Below are positions 12,946 through 23,509 of a stretch of DNA of 64,000 nt, one piece after another. Under the pieces are notes generated by a model that worked only from the letters and a program-made list of their open reading frames with translations, had not been told where the DNA came from and did not search any database. The translations under genes and the position numbers were made by a program. The stretch comes from Verrucomicrobiaceae bacterium (GTDB lineage Bacteria > Verrucomicrobiota > Verrucomicrobiia > Verrucomicrobiales > Akkermansiaceae). The DNA is taken from the NCBI GenBank assembly GCA_051252135.1, contig JBPOGH010000001.1, forward strand, positions 288,001 to 352,000. The letters run 5' to 3'. The first letter of the stretch is position 1. Every line of letters begins with the position of its first letter.

Positions 12946-12980
12946 AAAAACGCGTCCTCACCTTGGGGTGGGACGCGTCT
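12946..12980 (-). terminator. Intrinsic terminator after cysK (convergent with the Rrf2 gene)
   Basis: ACGCGTCCTCACC / GGTGGGACGCGT hairpin, preceded on + by an A-run (U-tail on the minus strand). Confidence 0.75.
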
Positions 12981-12998
12981 TGGAGCAAGTATTCACCT

Positions 12999-13967
12999 TC
13001 AGGCAGGGAGCTCCGAAACAGGGAGATTCATCACCTCCTCGCGGTAGTGCTCTGCGAGTGGCGTGCTCAGGTAACGCTCTGTAGAAGAGCAACCAATTGT
13101 CACAATTCGCTTGCCCGCAAACTCAGGGCGGGCTGCAATTTTGAGGGCGGAAGCCACATTCGCTCCAGTGGAAATGCCTGCAGGAAGTCCTTCTTGCATT
13201 GCCAATTTCTGCGCCATTTCAAAAGCCTCTTCATTGGTCACCGTAAGAACTTCGTCGATGATCTCTGTATTCAAATTTCCGGGAATGAATCCGGCACCGA
13301 TGCCCTGAATCTTGTGGGGTCCGGGAGCGCCACCGCTGATCACAGGACTATTCTCGGGCTCTACGGCAAACACCTTGAAATTCGGGTTGCGCGACTTCAG
13401 CACTTCTCCCACCCCGGTGAGAGTTCCTCCCGTTCCAACTCCCGCGACCAAGGCGTCAATGTTTCCATCGGTGTCTTTCCAGATTTCCTCCGCCGTAGTC
13501 TGGCGATGCACTTCGGGATTTGCCGGATTATCAAATTGACCGGGACCGAAGGCGCTCGGATCTTCTGCAAGAAGTTGGTTGGCTTTCGCAATCGCTCCAC
13601 CCATCCCCTTTGGCCCGGGAGTAAGCACGATTTCAGCTCCCAGAGTCCGAAGAAGCACGCGTCGCTCAATCGACATCGTCTCCGGCATCGTAAGAATACA
13701 TTTGTAACCCTTGGCTCGAGCAACGAACGCGAGAGCGATTCCGGTATTTCCGGATGTCGGTTCAATGATGGTGCCACCCGGTTTGAGTTTGCCTTCGGCT
13801 TCGGCCGTCTCGATCATGGCCTTACCAATCCGATCCTTAACGCTGAAGAGAGGGTTGAAGAACTCGGCTTTCACATAAACTTCCGCCCCAAGTCCTTCGG
13901 CAACGGAATTAAGCTTAATAAGTGGGGTGTTGCCGACAGTGTCGACCATGTTGGATGCGATACTCAT
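12999..13967 (-). CDS. cysK: Cysteine synthase A (O-acetylserine sulfhydrylase)
   Basis: GNTPL, SVKDRIG, EPTSGNTG, GVGTGGT, PHKIQGIGAGF, ERYLST. Confidence 0.98.
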   Translation of the reverse strand: MSIASNMVDTVGNTPLIKLNSVAEGLGAEVYVKAEFFNPLFSVKDRIGKAMIETAEAEGKLKPGGTIIEPTSGNTGIALAFVARAKGYKCILTMPETMSIERRVLLRTLGAEIVLTPGPKGMGGAIAKANQLLAEDPSAFGPGQFDNPANPEVHRQTTAEEIWKDTDGNIDALVAGVGTGGTLTGVGEVLKSRNPNFKVFAVEPENSPVISGGAPGPHKIQGIGAGFIPGNLNTEIIDEVLTVTNEEAFEMAQKLAMQEGLPAGISTGANVASALKIAARPEFAGKRIVTIGCSSTERYLSTPLAEHYREEVMNLPVSELPA

Positions 13968-13979
13968 ATTTGTGGTTGT

Positions 13980-14699
13980 TTAGATTTGAAAGTCATTCTG
14001 GCCGGATGATTCGTGGAGTCCACATTCATATTTTTGACCATTGTAGCGAGTCGATTCAGCGTCTTCTCCATCCGCCGGTTTCCGGGTAGAGTGCCAGTCT
14101 CCCATCGTGACATAACCCTCCGCCTCCAGCGGATGGCGTGGTAGTTTGTTGTCGTAAAAGTAAGATGCCACCTGGGCATCGGCCCAATCAAGGATTGGAT
14201 ACACCTTCAAGGTGGAACGCTGTTGTTCGGCAAGGGCACGGTTGGCGCGCGTCGATGACTGACTGCGCCGTAATCCGCTCAACCAGATATCCCCCCCCAC
14301 TTCCTGTAGACCCCTGTTCATTGGCTCGATCTTGTTGATCGTCGCGTAGCGTTGTTGCTCATCCGCATCACCCTCCCACAATTTCCCATAAACCGACTCC
14401 TGATGCGCAGCGGTCATTTGAGGGACATATTTACGCAAATCAATATTGAGCTGACTGGAAAGTTGCTCGATGTAGGCATAGGTCTCCGGAAAAAGGTATC
14501 CCGTATCCACGAAGATGATGGGGATTTTGGGAGCGTGTTCAGCGATCAAGTGAAGCATCACCGCTGCCTGCAGGCCAAAGCTGGAGCTAGCCACAACCCG
14601 ATCTCCATAGGTCTCGTATAGCCAGGCAATGCGTTCCCCGGCATTCAAATCCTCAAGATGAGCAGCAATGCTCTCCGCTTCGGTTAGAGTGGCAGCCAT
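13980..14699 (-). CDS. cysH: Phosphoadenylyl-sulfate (PAPS) reductase
   Basis: SSFG, DTGYLFPETY, GLRRSQS, ECGLH; no CC/CxxC Fe-S ligands. Confidence 0.95.
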   Translation of the reverse strand: MAATLTEAESIAAHLEDLNAGERIAWLYETYGDRVVASSSFGLQAAVMLHLIAEHAPKIPIIFVDTGYLFPETYAYIEQLSSQLNIDLRKYVPQMTAAHQESVYGKLWEGDADEQQRYATINKIEPMNRGLQEVGGDIWLSGLRRSQSSTRANRALAEQQRSTLKVYPILDWADAQVASYFYDNKLPRHPLEAEGYVTMGDWHSTRKPADGEDAESTRYNGQKYECGLHESSGQNDFQI

Positions 14700-14706
14700 G
14701 GGTATA

Positions 14707-16416
14707 CTATGCCGACGCGACGTCGGATTTGAGATTTTCGTGGAAATCGAGACCGTTGACAGTGGCTGCGATGTAGCCCGCCCGGATCACAAAGTCGCCA
14801 AAATGCTCACCCTCCTCACGAGACTTGGCATAATCAAGGATGATGGGACCCAGAAGGCTCTTGATTTCCGTGCGGGGCACTGCTTCACGGAAGAGTTTGT
14901 TGAGTCGATCACCGGCATGACCGCCACCAAGGTAGACGTTGTATTTTCCCGGAGCACGGCCAACAAAAGCAATTTCCGACAGAAACGGACGACCGCAGCC
15001 ATTTGGGCATCCGGTCATCCGAATCGTAATTGCATCATGCTGGAGGCCGGCTTCCTCCAGAACCTCCTCAAGTTCGGCGATCACACCTGGCAATCCGCGC
15101 TCGGCTTCAGCTAATGCGAGTCCACAAGTGGGCAGAGCCACGCAAGCGATCGAGTTCAGCCTCATTGCCGAGCGCTCATGACTTTTCAGCAGTCCGTGTT
15201 GGTCAAGAATCGCCTCAATTTCAGGACGCTTTTTAGGTGAGACTTGAGCGATAATAAGGTTCTGGTTCCCGGTAAGTCGGAAATCCCCGTCGTGAATTTC
15301 CGCAATTTTACGCAGCCCCGTGCGGGCTTCATCGCGAACCCGTCCACCTTCGATAAATAGGTTGAGGTGGAAGTTCCCCTGGTGGTCTTCGATCCAACCG
15401 AATCGATCCCCATTGTCATCGAACTTGAATTCACGAACCGGCTCAAGCTCGTAGCCGAGATACTCATTGACCTTCTCGAGGAACCATTCGGGAGAACGGT
15501 CATCAATAGTGTATTTCAAACGGGCATGCTTGCGGTTGGTGCGATCTCCGAAGTCACGCTGGACCAACAACACCTTTTCCGACACGTCGACCACTTGTTC
15601 CGGAGTGCAAAAACCGATGATGTCCGCCAGCCTTGGATAGGTTTCGGGAGCGCCGTGAGTCATTCCCATGCCACCTCCCACGGCGACGTTGTATCCAACC
15701 ACTTTACCACCCTCTACGATAGCCACGAAGGACAGGTCGTTCGCGTGGATGTCAACATCGTTGGAAGGGGGAACGGCGACCGCGATCTTAAACTTCCGCG
15801 GCAAATAGGTCTTCCCGTAGATCGGCTCCACTTCCTCTTGGGTGGACTCGACCTTTTCACCGTCTAGCCAGATTTCATGATACGCGCCCGTCCGGGGAGT
15901 GAGGTGATCGCTGATCTCTTGGGAGATTTTGAGAACATCTGCGTGGGCCTCACTGAGGTAAGGGTTCGGGTTGCACATCACGTTCCGATTCACGTCTCCG
16001 CAGGCAGCAATGGTATCCATCGCGGCCGCATTGATTTCCTGAATCGTGCGTTTGAGTTGGGTCTTGATGACCCCGTGCAGCTGAAATGCCTGCCGTGTTG
16101 TTAACTTGATGGTCCCATTGGCAAAATCATCGGCGAGATTATCCATCTTGATCCACTGTTCCGGAGTAGCCACTCCACCTGGAACGCGGATACGAATCAG
16201 GAAGCTGAACGCTTTTTCAAGCTTGTGTTTGCGACGTCCGGCCCGGATATCGCGGTCATCCTGAAGATAGCAACCGTGGAACTTAAGCAACTGCTGTTCA
16301 TCTTCGGTAAGACCACCGGTGGAGGTGTCTGCGAGTCCTTCGGCCAAGGTGCCGCGGAGGTAGTTGCTATCGGTCTTGAGATACTCGTTGTGGGCGAGTT
16401 TTTTTTCTTCACTCAT
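14707..16416 (-). CDS. cysI: Assimilatory sulfite reductase, hemoprotein subunit
   Basis: [42 protein letters not shown] siroheme/4Fe-4S motifs. Confidence 0.97.
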   Translation of the reverse strand: MSEEKKLAHNEYLKTDSNYLRGTLAEGLADTSTGGLTEDEQQLLKFHGCYLQDDRDIRAGRRKHKLEKAFSFLIRIRVPGGVATPEQWIKMDNLADDFANGTIKLTTRQAFQLHGVIKTQLKRTIQEINAAAMDTIAACGDVNRNVMCNPNPYLSEAHADVLKISQEISDHLTPRTGAYHEIWLDGEKVESTQEEVEPIYGKTYLPRKFKIAVAVPPSNDVDIHANDLSFVAIVEGGKVVGYNVAVGGGMGMTHGAPETYPRLADIIGFCTPEQVVDVSEKVLLVQRDFGDRTNRKHARLKYTIDDRSPEWFLEKVNEYLGYELEPVREFKFDDNGDRFGWIEDHQGNFHLNLFIEGGRVRDEARTGLRKIAEIHDGDFRLTGNQNLIIAQVSPKKRPEIEAILDQHGLLKSHERSAMRLNSIACVALPTCGLALAEAERGLPGVIAELEEVLEEAGLQHDAITIRMTGCPNGCGRPFLSEIAFVGRAPGKYNVYLGGGHAGDRLNKLFREAVPRTEIKSLLGPIILDYAKSREEGEHFGDFVIRAGYIAATVNGLDFHENLKSDVASA

Positions 16417-16436
16417 GGGCTTGATAAAATTGGTGT

Positions 16437-18182
16437 TTAGTAAACGTCACGCTGGTAGCGCTTATTCTTCTTTAAGGCGTCAACATATGCAGTGGCGTCT
16501 TCTTGTGAAATCCCCCCCTGTTCGGAAATGATGTCGATCAAGGCGCCGTGAACATCTTTGGCCATGCGTGAGGCATCTCCGCACACATAGAAATAAGCTC
16601 CTTTTTCCAGCCATGCATAGATGTCCGCAGCACGCTTTCGCATCACATCCTGAACATAAACCTTCTCAGGTTGGTCCCGGGAAAAGGCGACATCGAGACG
16701 CGTCAACGCCTTCGCCTTGAGGTGATCCTGCCATTCCAGCTGATAAAGGAAGTCAAAATTGTAATGTTGGTCTCCAAAGAAGAGCCAACTCTCCCCTGTC
16801 GCACCTCGTTCGGCCCGCTCCTCAACGAAGGCCCTGAAGGGCGCGATGCCCGTTCCCGGTCCAACCATGATAATTGGAGTCGCGTCGTCCTCAGGGAGCC
16901 TGAAATTCTTGTTGGCGTGTGTGTAGACCGCGACCTTGGATCCTACTTCCGCCTCGTCGGCAAGGAAGGTCGACGCCACTCCTTTGCGGGGTTTGCCGTG
17001 GCCATCATAGCGCACCGCTGCAACCGTGAGATGGACTTCACCGGGATGGGCTTTCGGGCTTGAGGCGATTGAATAAAGCCTCGGAGGCATCTTGCGCAGA
17101 ATGCTGACAAACTGCTGGGCCGTAAGTCCGGCCACTGGATAGCCCTCAAGCAGATCAATAATCTGGCGCCCCCATATCCACTCGGCAAATTGCACCTTAT
17201 TCTCGTCATCAAGAAGTGATTCAAGATCAACATTGGGCGCAAGCCCGAGGTATTTTTTGACGATGGCACGCGAGAGGGCGGTGATATCAAGCTTGGATCG
17301 AAGAGCCTCGCCAAAGCTGACCTTCTCTCCACCCTTGAGTTCGACTTCCTCGGATTCCGAAAAACCGGTTACTCTCAAGATGTCGGAAACCACGTCCTCC
17401 GCATTGAGCGGAACGACAGCGAGAGCATCTCCAACTTCATAGTTCATCCCCGATCCCTCAAGCGACAACTCCAGATGGATTGTTTCTTTCGCGCTTCCCT
17501 CACCATTGAGGATGACGTGATCCAACACCTCTGCCGGGAAATAATTCTTCTTGCCATACTCTACCGATGGTTGGGCGGAGATTGCAGCAACAGGTGCAGC
17601 ACTCCCACCACCCCCGACTTCGGCCAAGAAACGATCAAGCCAGGCATTGTAGCTATCCTCAAAGTCAACATCGCAGTCCTCTCGCGCAGTCAGTCGTTTC
17701 GCTCCCAGGTTCTCCAGTCGGGAATCAAATATTTTTCCGATTTCACAAAATTTCTCATAGGAAGTGTCTCCCAATGCACAAACCGAGAAGCTCGACCCCT
17801 TCAAGTCGGGCGACTCTTTCATGAAATTTTCATAAAAGCCTTCTACTGCCTCGGGCGGTTCACCATCTCCCCACGTGCTGATAATGAGTCCGATATTTTC
17901 AAAGGATGCCAAATCAGCAGGCTTGAGATCGGCGAGATTCTTCATCACGGCTTTTGCCCCCTTTTTCTTGGCTGCCTTTACTGTTCGATCGGCTAGCTCT
18001 TCACTATTTCCCGACTCTGTCCCGTATAAAATGGTCAACGTTGGTTGTTCGGCGACTGCTGCTGGAGCAATTCCGGCCAGGAATCCGCTCAACCAGCTGG
18101 ATTGTTCCGGTGTAAATCCTGAAATGAGGGCAGAAAGCGAGGTTTTCTGCTCCGGAGTAAAGGGCGCGTGCGATGGGATCAT
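16437..18182 (-). CDS. cysJ: Assimilatory sulfite reductase, flavoprotein subunit
   Basis: Flavodoxin [38 protein letters not shown]-terminal RYQRDVY. Confidence 0.97.
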   Translation of the reverse strand: MIPSHAPFTPEQKTSLSALISGFTPEQSSWLSGFLAGIAPAAVAEQPTLTILYGTESGNSEELADRTVKAAKKKGAKAVMKNLADLKPADLASFENIGLIISTWGDGEPPEAVEGFYENFMKESPDLKGSSFSVCALGDTSYEKFCEIGKIFDSRLENLGAKRLTAREDCDVDFEDSYNAWLDRFLAEVGGGGSAAPVAAISAQPSVEYGKKNYFPAEVLDHVILNGEGSAKETIHLELSLEGSGMNYEVGDALAVVPLNAEDVVSDILRVTGFSESEEVELKGGEKVSFGEALRSKLDITALSRAIVKKYLGLAPNVDLESLLDDENKVQFAEWIWGRQIIDLLEGYPVAGLTAQQFVSILRKMPPRLYSIASSPKAHPGEVHLTVAAVRYDGHGKPRKGVASTFLADEAEVGSKVAVYTHANKNFRLPEDDATPIIMVGPGTGIAPFRAFVEERAERGATGESWLFFGDQHYNFDFLYQLEWQDHLKAKALTRLDVAFSRDQPEKVYVQDVMRKRAADIYAWLEKGAYFYVCGDASRMAKDVHGALIDIISEQGGISQEDATAYVDALKKNKRYQRDVY

Positions 18183-18195
18183 TCTAATACCTAAT

Positions 18196-18211
18196 AAAGT
18201 TGATCAACTTT
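18196..18211. promoter_or_regulatory. Perfect 16-bp palindrome upstream of cysJ; candidate Rrf2/CymR operator
   Basis: AAAGTTGATCAACTTT, 13 nt upstream of the cysJ start codon. Confidence 0.65.
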
Positions 18212-18314
18212 GTCATCTTTGACTGAGTGAACATCGCTTCTTTGGGACGAAGATGCAACTCCTTTTTCAGTTGGTTGACGCATCGGCCTCAGTCGTCTTG
18301 AGTGCACCAGCTAT

Positions 18315-19037
18315 ATGAGACGCTCTTTGCTGACCTACCCCCTTCTCATCTTGGTCCTTTTTCTCAATTCGTGCATCGAAGGAGAGGAGGAGATCTGGAT
18401 CAATCTTGATGCTTCGGGAAAGATCAGGGCCCACTACGAGTTTCCCCCGGCCCTGAGGGCACAGCTTGGAGACCCTGCCAATATAGTGTCTGCAATTGAG
18501 CAAATTGATGAAGCCGAGGATGGCATTGAGGTACAACAAATTCAGTTTTCCCAGGTGGGAAGCAAACTCGTCTTCCATCTTGAAGCTACATTTGACGACG
18601 CACGCGATCTTCTTGAAATGACCGAAAGGAGTGCGCCTGTTCTGATCGAAGAAGCAGGTATGCAACCCGAGGAACTCGATGCAGTGGCCGGCGATATCGA
18701 TCTCAATGTCGACGGACTCACCGTCAATCTTAGTCGGGCAATATCTCTCGGGAATTTCTTTCCTGAAATGATACGGCGAAACCCCAGCCTTTTGGGGAAA
18801 TCGAATTTCCGCTACCTGATCCACCTCCCCTTCCCGGCCACCAAAACAAACGCCCACGAGGTCACCAATAATGGAAAGTCACTCAGTTGGATCTTTGTCC
18901 TTCGAGACCACGTCGACAGTCCGATGGCACTTAGCTTCGAGACCCAAATTCGCCCACCGTGGTGGATGTTGATGCTGCTCGGGTTGATCGTAATTTTAAT
19001 AGCTTACCTCCTTTGGAGGCGCTTCTTGAAGGCCTAG
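18315..19037 (+). CDS. Hypothetical lipoprotein with a C-terminal transmembrane anchor
   Basis: Lipobox-like FLNSC; C-terminal hydrophobic helix followed by RRFLK. Confidence 0.75.
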   Translation: MRRSLLTYPLLILVLFLNSCIEGEEEIWINLDASGKIRAHYEFPPALRAQLGDPANIVSAIEQIDEAEDGIEVQQIQFSQVGSKLVFHLEATFDDARDLLEMTERSAPVLIEEAGMQPEELDAVAGDIDLNVDGLTVNLSRAISLGNFFPEMIRRNPSLLGKSNFRYLIHLPFPATKTNAHEVTNNGKSLSWIFVLRDHVDSPMALSFETQIRPPWWMLMLLGLIVILIAYLLWRRFLKA

Positions 19038-20218
19038 CCATTCTTTCTCCAGGGAAGACGACCGCGGGCAAAGGGCTTCTCGACTATCAAAAATAGAGCA
19101 GCGCAAAGGATGATTGCCATCGCTGCCATGACGACGATCAGGAAAGCATTCATCGGCCAATTACCCGGAGTCACGGGAATAACACTTCCGAAGAAGAAGG
19201 GTCGCAGCACTCCGTAGAGCATGAGGTTGTGAAAAAGGTAGATGGTGTAACACATCGCTCCAATCGCTGTAATCCAGCGCACCCTGAACAATTTAAGCAA
19301 TCTCCCTCCGCAAAGAACGGCAAGAAAGCCAAACAACAAGGCGAAGGGCTTCAAGTTTACCGGCGTGTGCCATTCAATGAGTAAGAATGTGACCGGCCAA
19401 ATCAGAAGACCCACACAATCCCAAGCTCCGGCATAGCCTTTCAAACGCTCAAACGACGGCGAAAGAAAAATATCAGCAAGGAGTATTCCGATCAAAAAGT
19501 AGCCCAACTGCCCAATGAGACTGTGCCCCCAGATCAATGAGGGGTGCCAGCTATGCAGCCCCTCCGTGACCACCTCTGCCAGCAGCACCCCGGCTAGTAA
19601 GATTCCCCTGCGAAACAGGACTTGCTTCACTTTAAATATCCGGCAGAGAAACGGGGCCATTAAATAGAATTGCACTTCAATCTCGAGTGTCCAGGACACA
19701 CTCAGAAGCGGATTGAGCGACCCATCGTTCAGTAGGGTGTAGCTGTAGATTAGCCCCGAAAGATAAGGCGGAAGTGTATCCCCAAGGCTTTGGCGATGCC
19801 AAATGATTGCCGTGGCAAAAAAGAATGTCAGCGTAATTAGGTAGGGCAATTCAATCCTCACCAGCCTCCGTTTAAAATACTGCTTAAGCTCGGGCTTCCG
19901 GTTCCCCTCTAGATAATGCGAGGCAAAAGGCAGAGCCAAAACCATCCCTGATATCACAAAGAATATTTGCACCCCGAACCATCCCTTCGCGATAAAGAAA
20001 TTCGGTATGTGGGTCCAGATGGTCTGCCAGTCCTTCTCCCAAAGTTGCGTGGCATCCACCGGTTCCGATCCATCGCGGAAAAAGAGATGGGAATGAAACA
20101 GGACAACCAGGACAATTGCAACAAAGCGCAAACCGTCAATCTCGGGGATATACCTGCCGGAAGATGGCTTCCGCTCAAACGGAGCCAGAATGCGATCATA
20201 AATCCGGTCCCACTTCAT
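19034..20218 (-). CDS. Acyltransferase family 3 (membrane O-acyltransferase)
   Basis: IDGLRFVAIVLVVLFH, GVQIFFVISG, RRLVRI, WTLEIEVQFY, YTIYLFH, VEKP. Confidence 0.92.
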   Translation of the reverse strand: MKWDRIYDRILAPFERKPSSGRYIPEIDGLRFVAIVLVVLFHSHLFFRDGSEPVDATQLWEKDWQTIWTHIPNFFIAKGWFGVQIFFVISGMVLALPFASHYLEGNRKPELKQYFKRRLVRIELPYLITLTFFFATAIIWHRQSLGDTLPPYLSGLIYSYTLLNDGSLNPLLSVSWTLEIEVQFYLMAPFLCRIFKVKQVLFRRGILLAGVLLAEVVTEGLHSWHPSLIWGHSLIGQLGYFLIGILLADIFLSPSFERLKGYAGAWDCVGLLIWPVTFLLIEWHTPVNLKPFALLFGFLAVLCGGRLLKLFRVRWITAIGAMCYTIYLFHNLMLYGVLRPFFFGSVIPVTPGNWPMNAFLIVVMAAMAIILCAALFLIVEKPFARGRLPWRKNG

Positions 20219-20233
20219 TTGCTGAAGCGGATC

Positions 20234-20266
20234 TAGTGGGAAGTCCTTCGACCTCCCACTAAAAAA
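20234..20266 (-). terminator. Intrinsic terminator after the aminopeptidase-like gene
   Basis: TAGTGGGA...TCCCACTA hairpin with an adjacent A-run; orientation of the U-tail is imperfect. Confidence 0.55.
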
Positions 20267-20280
20267 TGTCGGTTACAGGA

Positions 20281-21489
20281 TCAACCCTTGGCCATTGCCG
20301 CGATCACGTAGCTCGACGGACGAAAGTCCTCAATGATCTTTTCCGTGCGGTCGCCCCAGATCATTCTCACTTCTTTCACGTTAAAATTCGGGGTCTTGTG
20401 AGGCGCGAAGAGAATGTCGTCGTGCGTGCTGTTCTCATGAATTTTAAACATTTCGGGAACAATATCCCCTCCAAGATGATCATCCCTACCGGTAGCCAAA
20501 TGGCAGGTCCCCAGCACCTTTTCATCCTGAATATCTTGGTAGGAAACCGGCAGAACTTGTGTCCCGAATCCCAGTTCACCAAGCGTCCCCGTCATCGGAT
20601 CATCGGCAAGGCGGGCGTTGTGCGCGTCAATGGTGGCCTGATCTCCCTCAATCAGCGTAGAACGAACAACATCACGATTCTCCACATCAAGAACTCCCAA
20701 GGTCCCGTCGTCATATTTCATCGGGAACTTCCCGCGAGCATCCTGAGGAACAAAGTAGACCTCCCCCGCCGGAAGATTGGCAATATCCGGCGTGGTTCCC
20801 TGGCAGAGGCCATGTGACTTTTGGGCTGCCTGCCCGTTCAGTCCCAACCACGCAGTCAGGATCGTCCCGTCCTCGAGTTCGAAATCAATCTCGACTTCAT
20901 CCGCCTTATCAAGCGCCTTGCGCATTTTCTCGGCATCAGCGGAAACCTCTTCGTAATTCACGGCGAGTCCGGAATTCAGAATGATCTCGTTCATCCCGTG
21001 CATGGTTGCACCGCGAAAGTTGAATTCCTTGCATTTCGCAGTGAGAGGAGCCGTCGCTGAAAATGTCGAAATACAGAGGATGATGTCGTAGTTCGGATAA
21101 ATATCCTGATCGAGCGAGAGCATATTTCCTTCCGCATCATAAACTTCATCCTTTAAATCCAAGTTTGACCCGTTGGTGCAGCGGTAGGCATACATCTCCC
21201 CCCCACTCATCCCGAGTTCATCCATCACTCCGCCCTTCAACCCCTCGAAAAAGTATTCGTAGGCTTTATTTTGAACCGGGAAGCGATCATCATTGAGGAA
21301 ACCGTAGCCCTTCATTAACAATCCCGGGTCTTCGAAATCAGTAAGGATACAGACCTTACAACCCTGGGTAGGCTTAAACACGGTCTCAAGAAGACGCTTG
21401 AGATCGAAGTCGGGAAACTCCCGTCTATCCGGGTTGAGGAGGATTTCTTCGGTGAGATAGTCGGGCAGATCGGGCGCGAGAGTGCTCAT
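20281..21489 (-). CDS. Aminopeptidase-like metallopeptidase (M29/AmpS-like)
   Basis: NLPAGEVY, LGELGFG, DEKVLGTCHLATG, H.D metal-ligand pattern. Confidence 0.75.
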   Translation of the reverse strand: MSTLAPDLPDYLTEEILLNPDRREFPDFDLKRLLETVFKPTQGCKVCILTDFEDPGLLMKGYGFLNDDRFPVQNKAYEYFFEGLKGGVMDELGMSGGEMYAYRCTNGSNLDLKDEVYDAEGNMLSLDQDIYPNYDIILCISTFSATAPLTAKCKEFNFRGATMHGMNEIILNSGLAVNYEEVSADAEKMRKALDKADEVEIDFELEDGTILTAWLGLNGQAAQKSHGLCQGTTPDIANLPAGEVYFVPQDARGKFPMKYDDGTLGVLDVENRDVVRSTLIEGDQATIDAHNARLADDPMTGTLGELGFGTQVLPVSYQDIQDEKVLGTCHLATGRDDHLGGDIVPEMFKIHENSTHDDILFAPHKTPNFNVKEVRMIWGDRTEKIIEDFRPSSYVIAAMAKG

Positions 21490-21540
21490 GAGTGATCGAA
21501 AATACCTTTCATTGGCCTCCCCGCAACCAATTCTTTGGGA

Positions 21541-22014
21541 TCAATCGTCTCCGATTCCATATCCACCCTGCACACCGCTTTGCGAACGCAGGTCTTCCAG
21601 AGTCTGACTCACATCCTCCAGACCTTCCCACACGCCGCTTGCCACAAAGATCGGAGCCCCCTTCCTCACCGCCATCGCGATGCAATCACTCGGACGTGCG
21701 TCAAGCTCCACAATTTTCCGCTCCATGATTTCATTCTCAGCCTTTATGAATAGCCGGGAGTAGAAAACCTCACCCTCGACATTTACAATCGTCGTGTGGA
21801 GCACCTCGGCACCAAAAGCATCGAGAGTCTGGGTGAACAAATCATGGGTCAAGGGTCGCGGAGGTTCGGCTCCCGCCAAAATTGCATTGATCGACGCGCC
21901 GATTGAGGGGTCAATGTAAAATACGATCGCCTTCGAACCGTCTCCCAAAAATACCGCACATCCGGCTTGGGTGGGTAGCAGGGCAATCGGCTCAACTCGG
22001 ACTAAGTCACTCAT
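21541..22014 (-). CDS. Bifunctional nuclease family protein (DUF151)
   Basis: RPLTHDL, DARPSDCIAMAVR..APIFV. Confidence 0.92.
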   Translation of the reverse strand: MSDLVRVEPIALLPTQAGCAVFLGDGSKAIVFYIDPSIGASINAILAGAEPPRPLTHDLFTQTLDAFGAEVLHTTIVNVEGEVFYSRLFIKAENEIMERKIVELDARPSDCIAMAVRKGAPIFVASGVWEGLEDVSQTLEDLRSQSGVQGGYGIGDD

Positions 22015-22063
22015 TGCATGGAATCTTCAAAAAGCTGAGGGGAAATTGCGAGCGTAGAAGCAT

Positions 22064-22579
22064 TTAAAAATCCCTCTCCATAAACAGCTTTGCATTGCGG
22101 ACATACTTCTCCGCCCAACCCTTGATCTTCCCTTGCTCCCTCAGATCCAACGTTTTCACTACCTTGGCCGGGCTTCCCAGCACCAGTGAACCCGGGGGGA
22201 TGACTGTTCCCCCGGTCACCAGCGCATTGGCACCAATGATCGAGCGCTCCCCAATCACCGCTCCGTCGAGAACACAGGCCCCCATTCCCACCAACACCTC
22301 ATCCTTGATCGTGCAAGCGTGAATAATCGCGCTATGCCCAACGGTCACCAACTCGCCGACGTAGCAGCCGTAGTCGTCTGCCAGATGAACCACCGCGTTG
22401 TCTTGAATGTTGCTCTGCGGACCGATCTCGATTTCGTTGATATCCCCCCGCAGAGTGGCGTTATACCAAACGCTGGCCTGGTCCGCCAAGGTCACCCTGC
22501 CGATCAGATCCGCGCTGGCTGCCACAAAATTCGTTTCATCCAACTTGGGCCACACTCCCCCGAATGGTTCAATTGCCAT
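22064..22579 (-). CDS. Gamma carbonic anhydrase family protein
   Basis: LRGDIN.I.IG..SNIQDNAVVH, TVGH..IIHAC hexapeptide fold. Confidence 0.93.
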   Translation of the reverse strand: MAIEPFGGVWPKLDETNFVAASADLIGRVTLADQASVWYNATLRGDINEIEIGPQSNIQDNAVVHLADDYGCYVGELVTVGHSAIIHACTIKDEVLVGMGACVLDGAVIGERSIIGANALVTGGTVIPPGSLVLGSPAKVVKTLDLREQGKIKGWAEKYVRNAKLFMERDF

Positions 22580-22686
22580 GACCCGAAGTTAGGCAATTTG
22601 CCCTCCGCTTCAACAAACAACTGGAAATCCCACCAGATCGGCAGCAAGTTAAACCATCCCCGCTGCCGAGCGGATCGAATCACCAG

Positions 22687-23505
22687 ATGCGAGAATTCCT
22701 GATCGTCCTAGCCTGTGTCATCGTAGGGATCGCGCTGCGCTCCTGTCGCACGCTTCTTCTCCGAAAGCTCGGCGCTCTTGTCTTCTTGATTGCCACCGCC
22801 TTGGCCTTCTCATTCATTTGCGGATGTTGGTGGTCGGGAATCATCGGAATCGGGCTATGGTTTCTATTTCCGTGGTTCGACATTCTCACGCGAATCCGGC
22901 AACTCCGCCTCCCTCTCAATAACCGGTTAAGCTACAAAACACCGCCTTCGGAGGATTACTTCCCCAATGCCTCCCGCATGATCAGCGAAATCGAGGAAGC
23001 AGGATTTGAGCATGTCATCGATAGCGGGTGGAACTGGGCCGGGATGCAGCAGTATTTCCGGATCTACTGGAATCCCGAGCTCAAGGCGGTTGCCTCAGTC
23101 TGTCTTTGTGAACACGAAAGTGTAGCCTTTGCGTTCGCTACAATTTCCGCCCATTCCGACGAAGGCCTTGCCATCCACACCACCAACTATCCCTTTTCTC
23201 CTACCCTGAAGCACCCTCCCAATTCACGATGGGATCATCTTCCATGCGAAAAAAACCGCTTTCCCATGGTTTTCCATGATCATGAAAAGCACCTGGCACG
23301 TCTCAAAATCGGGCCCGACTGCTTACTGATGCCGGATCCCGATGAGGTCGTCTCCCGGATCGAGAATGAAATGCGGAATCAGATCGATCATAATGTCGAT
23401 CGCGGGCTCATCACCCTCACCGGGGACGGACATTTCCGATATTCCGTGCGGGGACTTTTTTTTCTTTGGAAACAATCCGTGAAGGACATGATTCGGCTTT
23501 GTTAA
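22687..23505 (+). CDS. Hypothetical membrane protein
   Basis: N-terminal hydrophobic segments, soluble C-terminal domain; 4 bp before the next gene. Confidence 0.75.
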   Translation: MREFLIVLACVIVGIALRSCRTLLLRKLGALVFLIATALAFSFICGCWWSGIIGIGLWFLFPWFDILTRIRQLRLPLNNRLSYKTPPSEDYFPNASRMISEIEEAGFEHVIDSGWNWAGMQQYFRIYWNPELKAVASVCLCEHESVAFAFATISAHSDEGLAIHTTNYPFSPTLKHPPNSRWDHLPCEKNRFPMVFHDHEKHLARLKIGPDCLLMPDPDEVVSRIENEMRNQIDHNVDRGLITLTGDGHFRYSVRGLFFLWKQSVKDMIRLC

Positions 23506-23509
23506 GCCC

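Noticed and set aside
12963..14009. 348-aa ORF antisense to cysK (likewise 987-1802, 32196-33092, 36171-37007, 52339-53241)
   Set aside because: Shadow frames of well-supported genes, with no motifs or independent expression signals.
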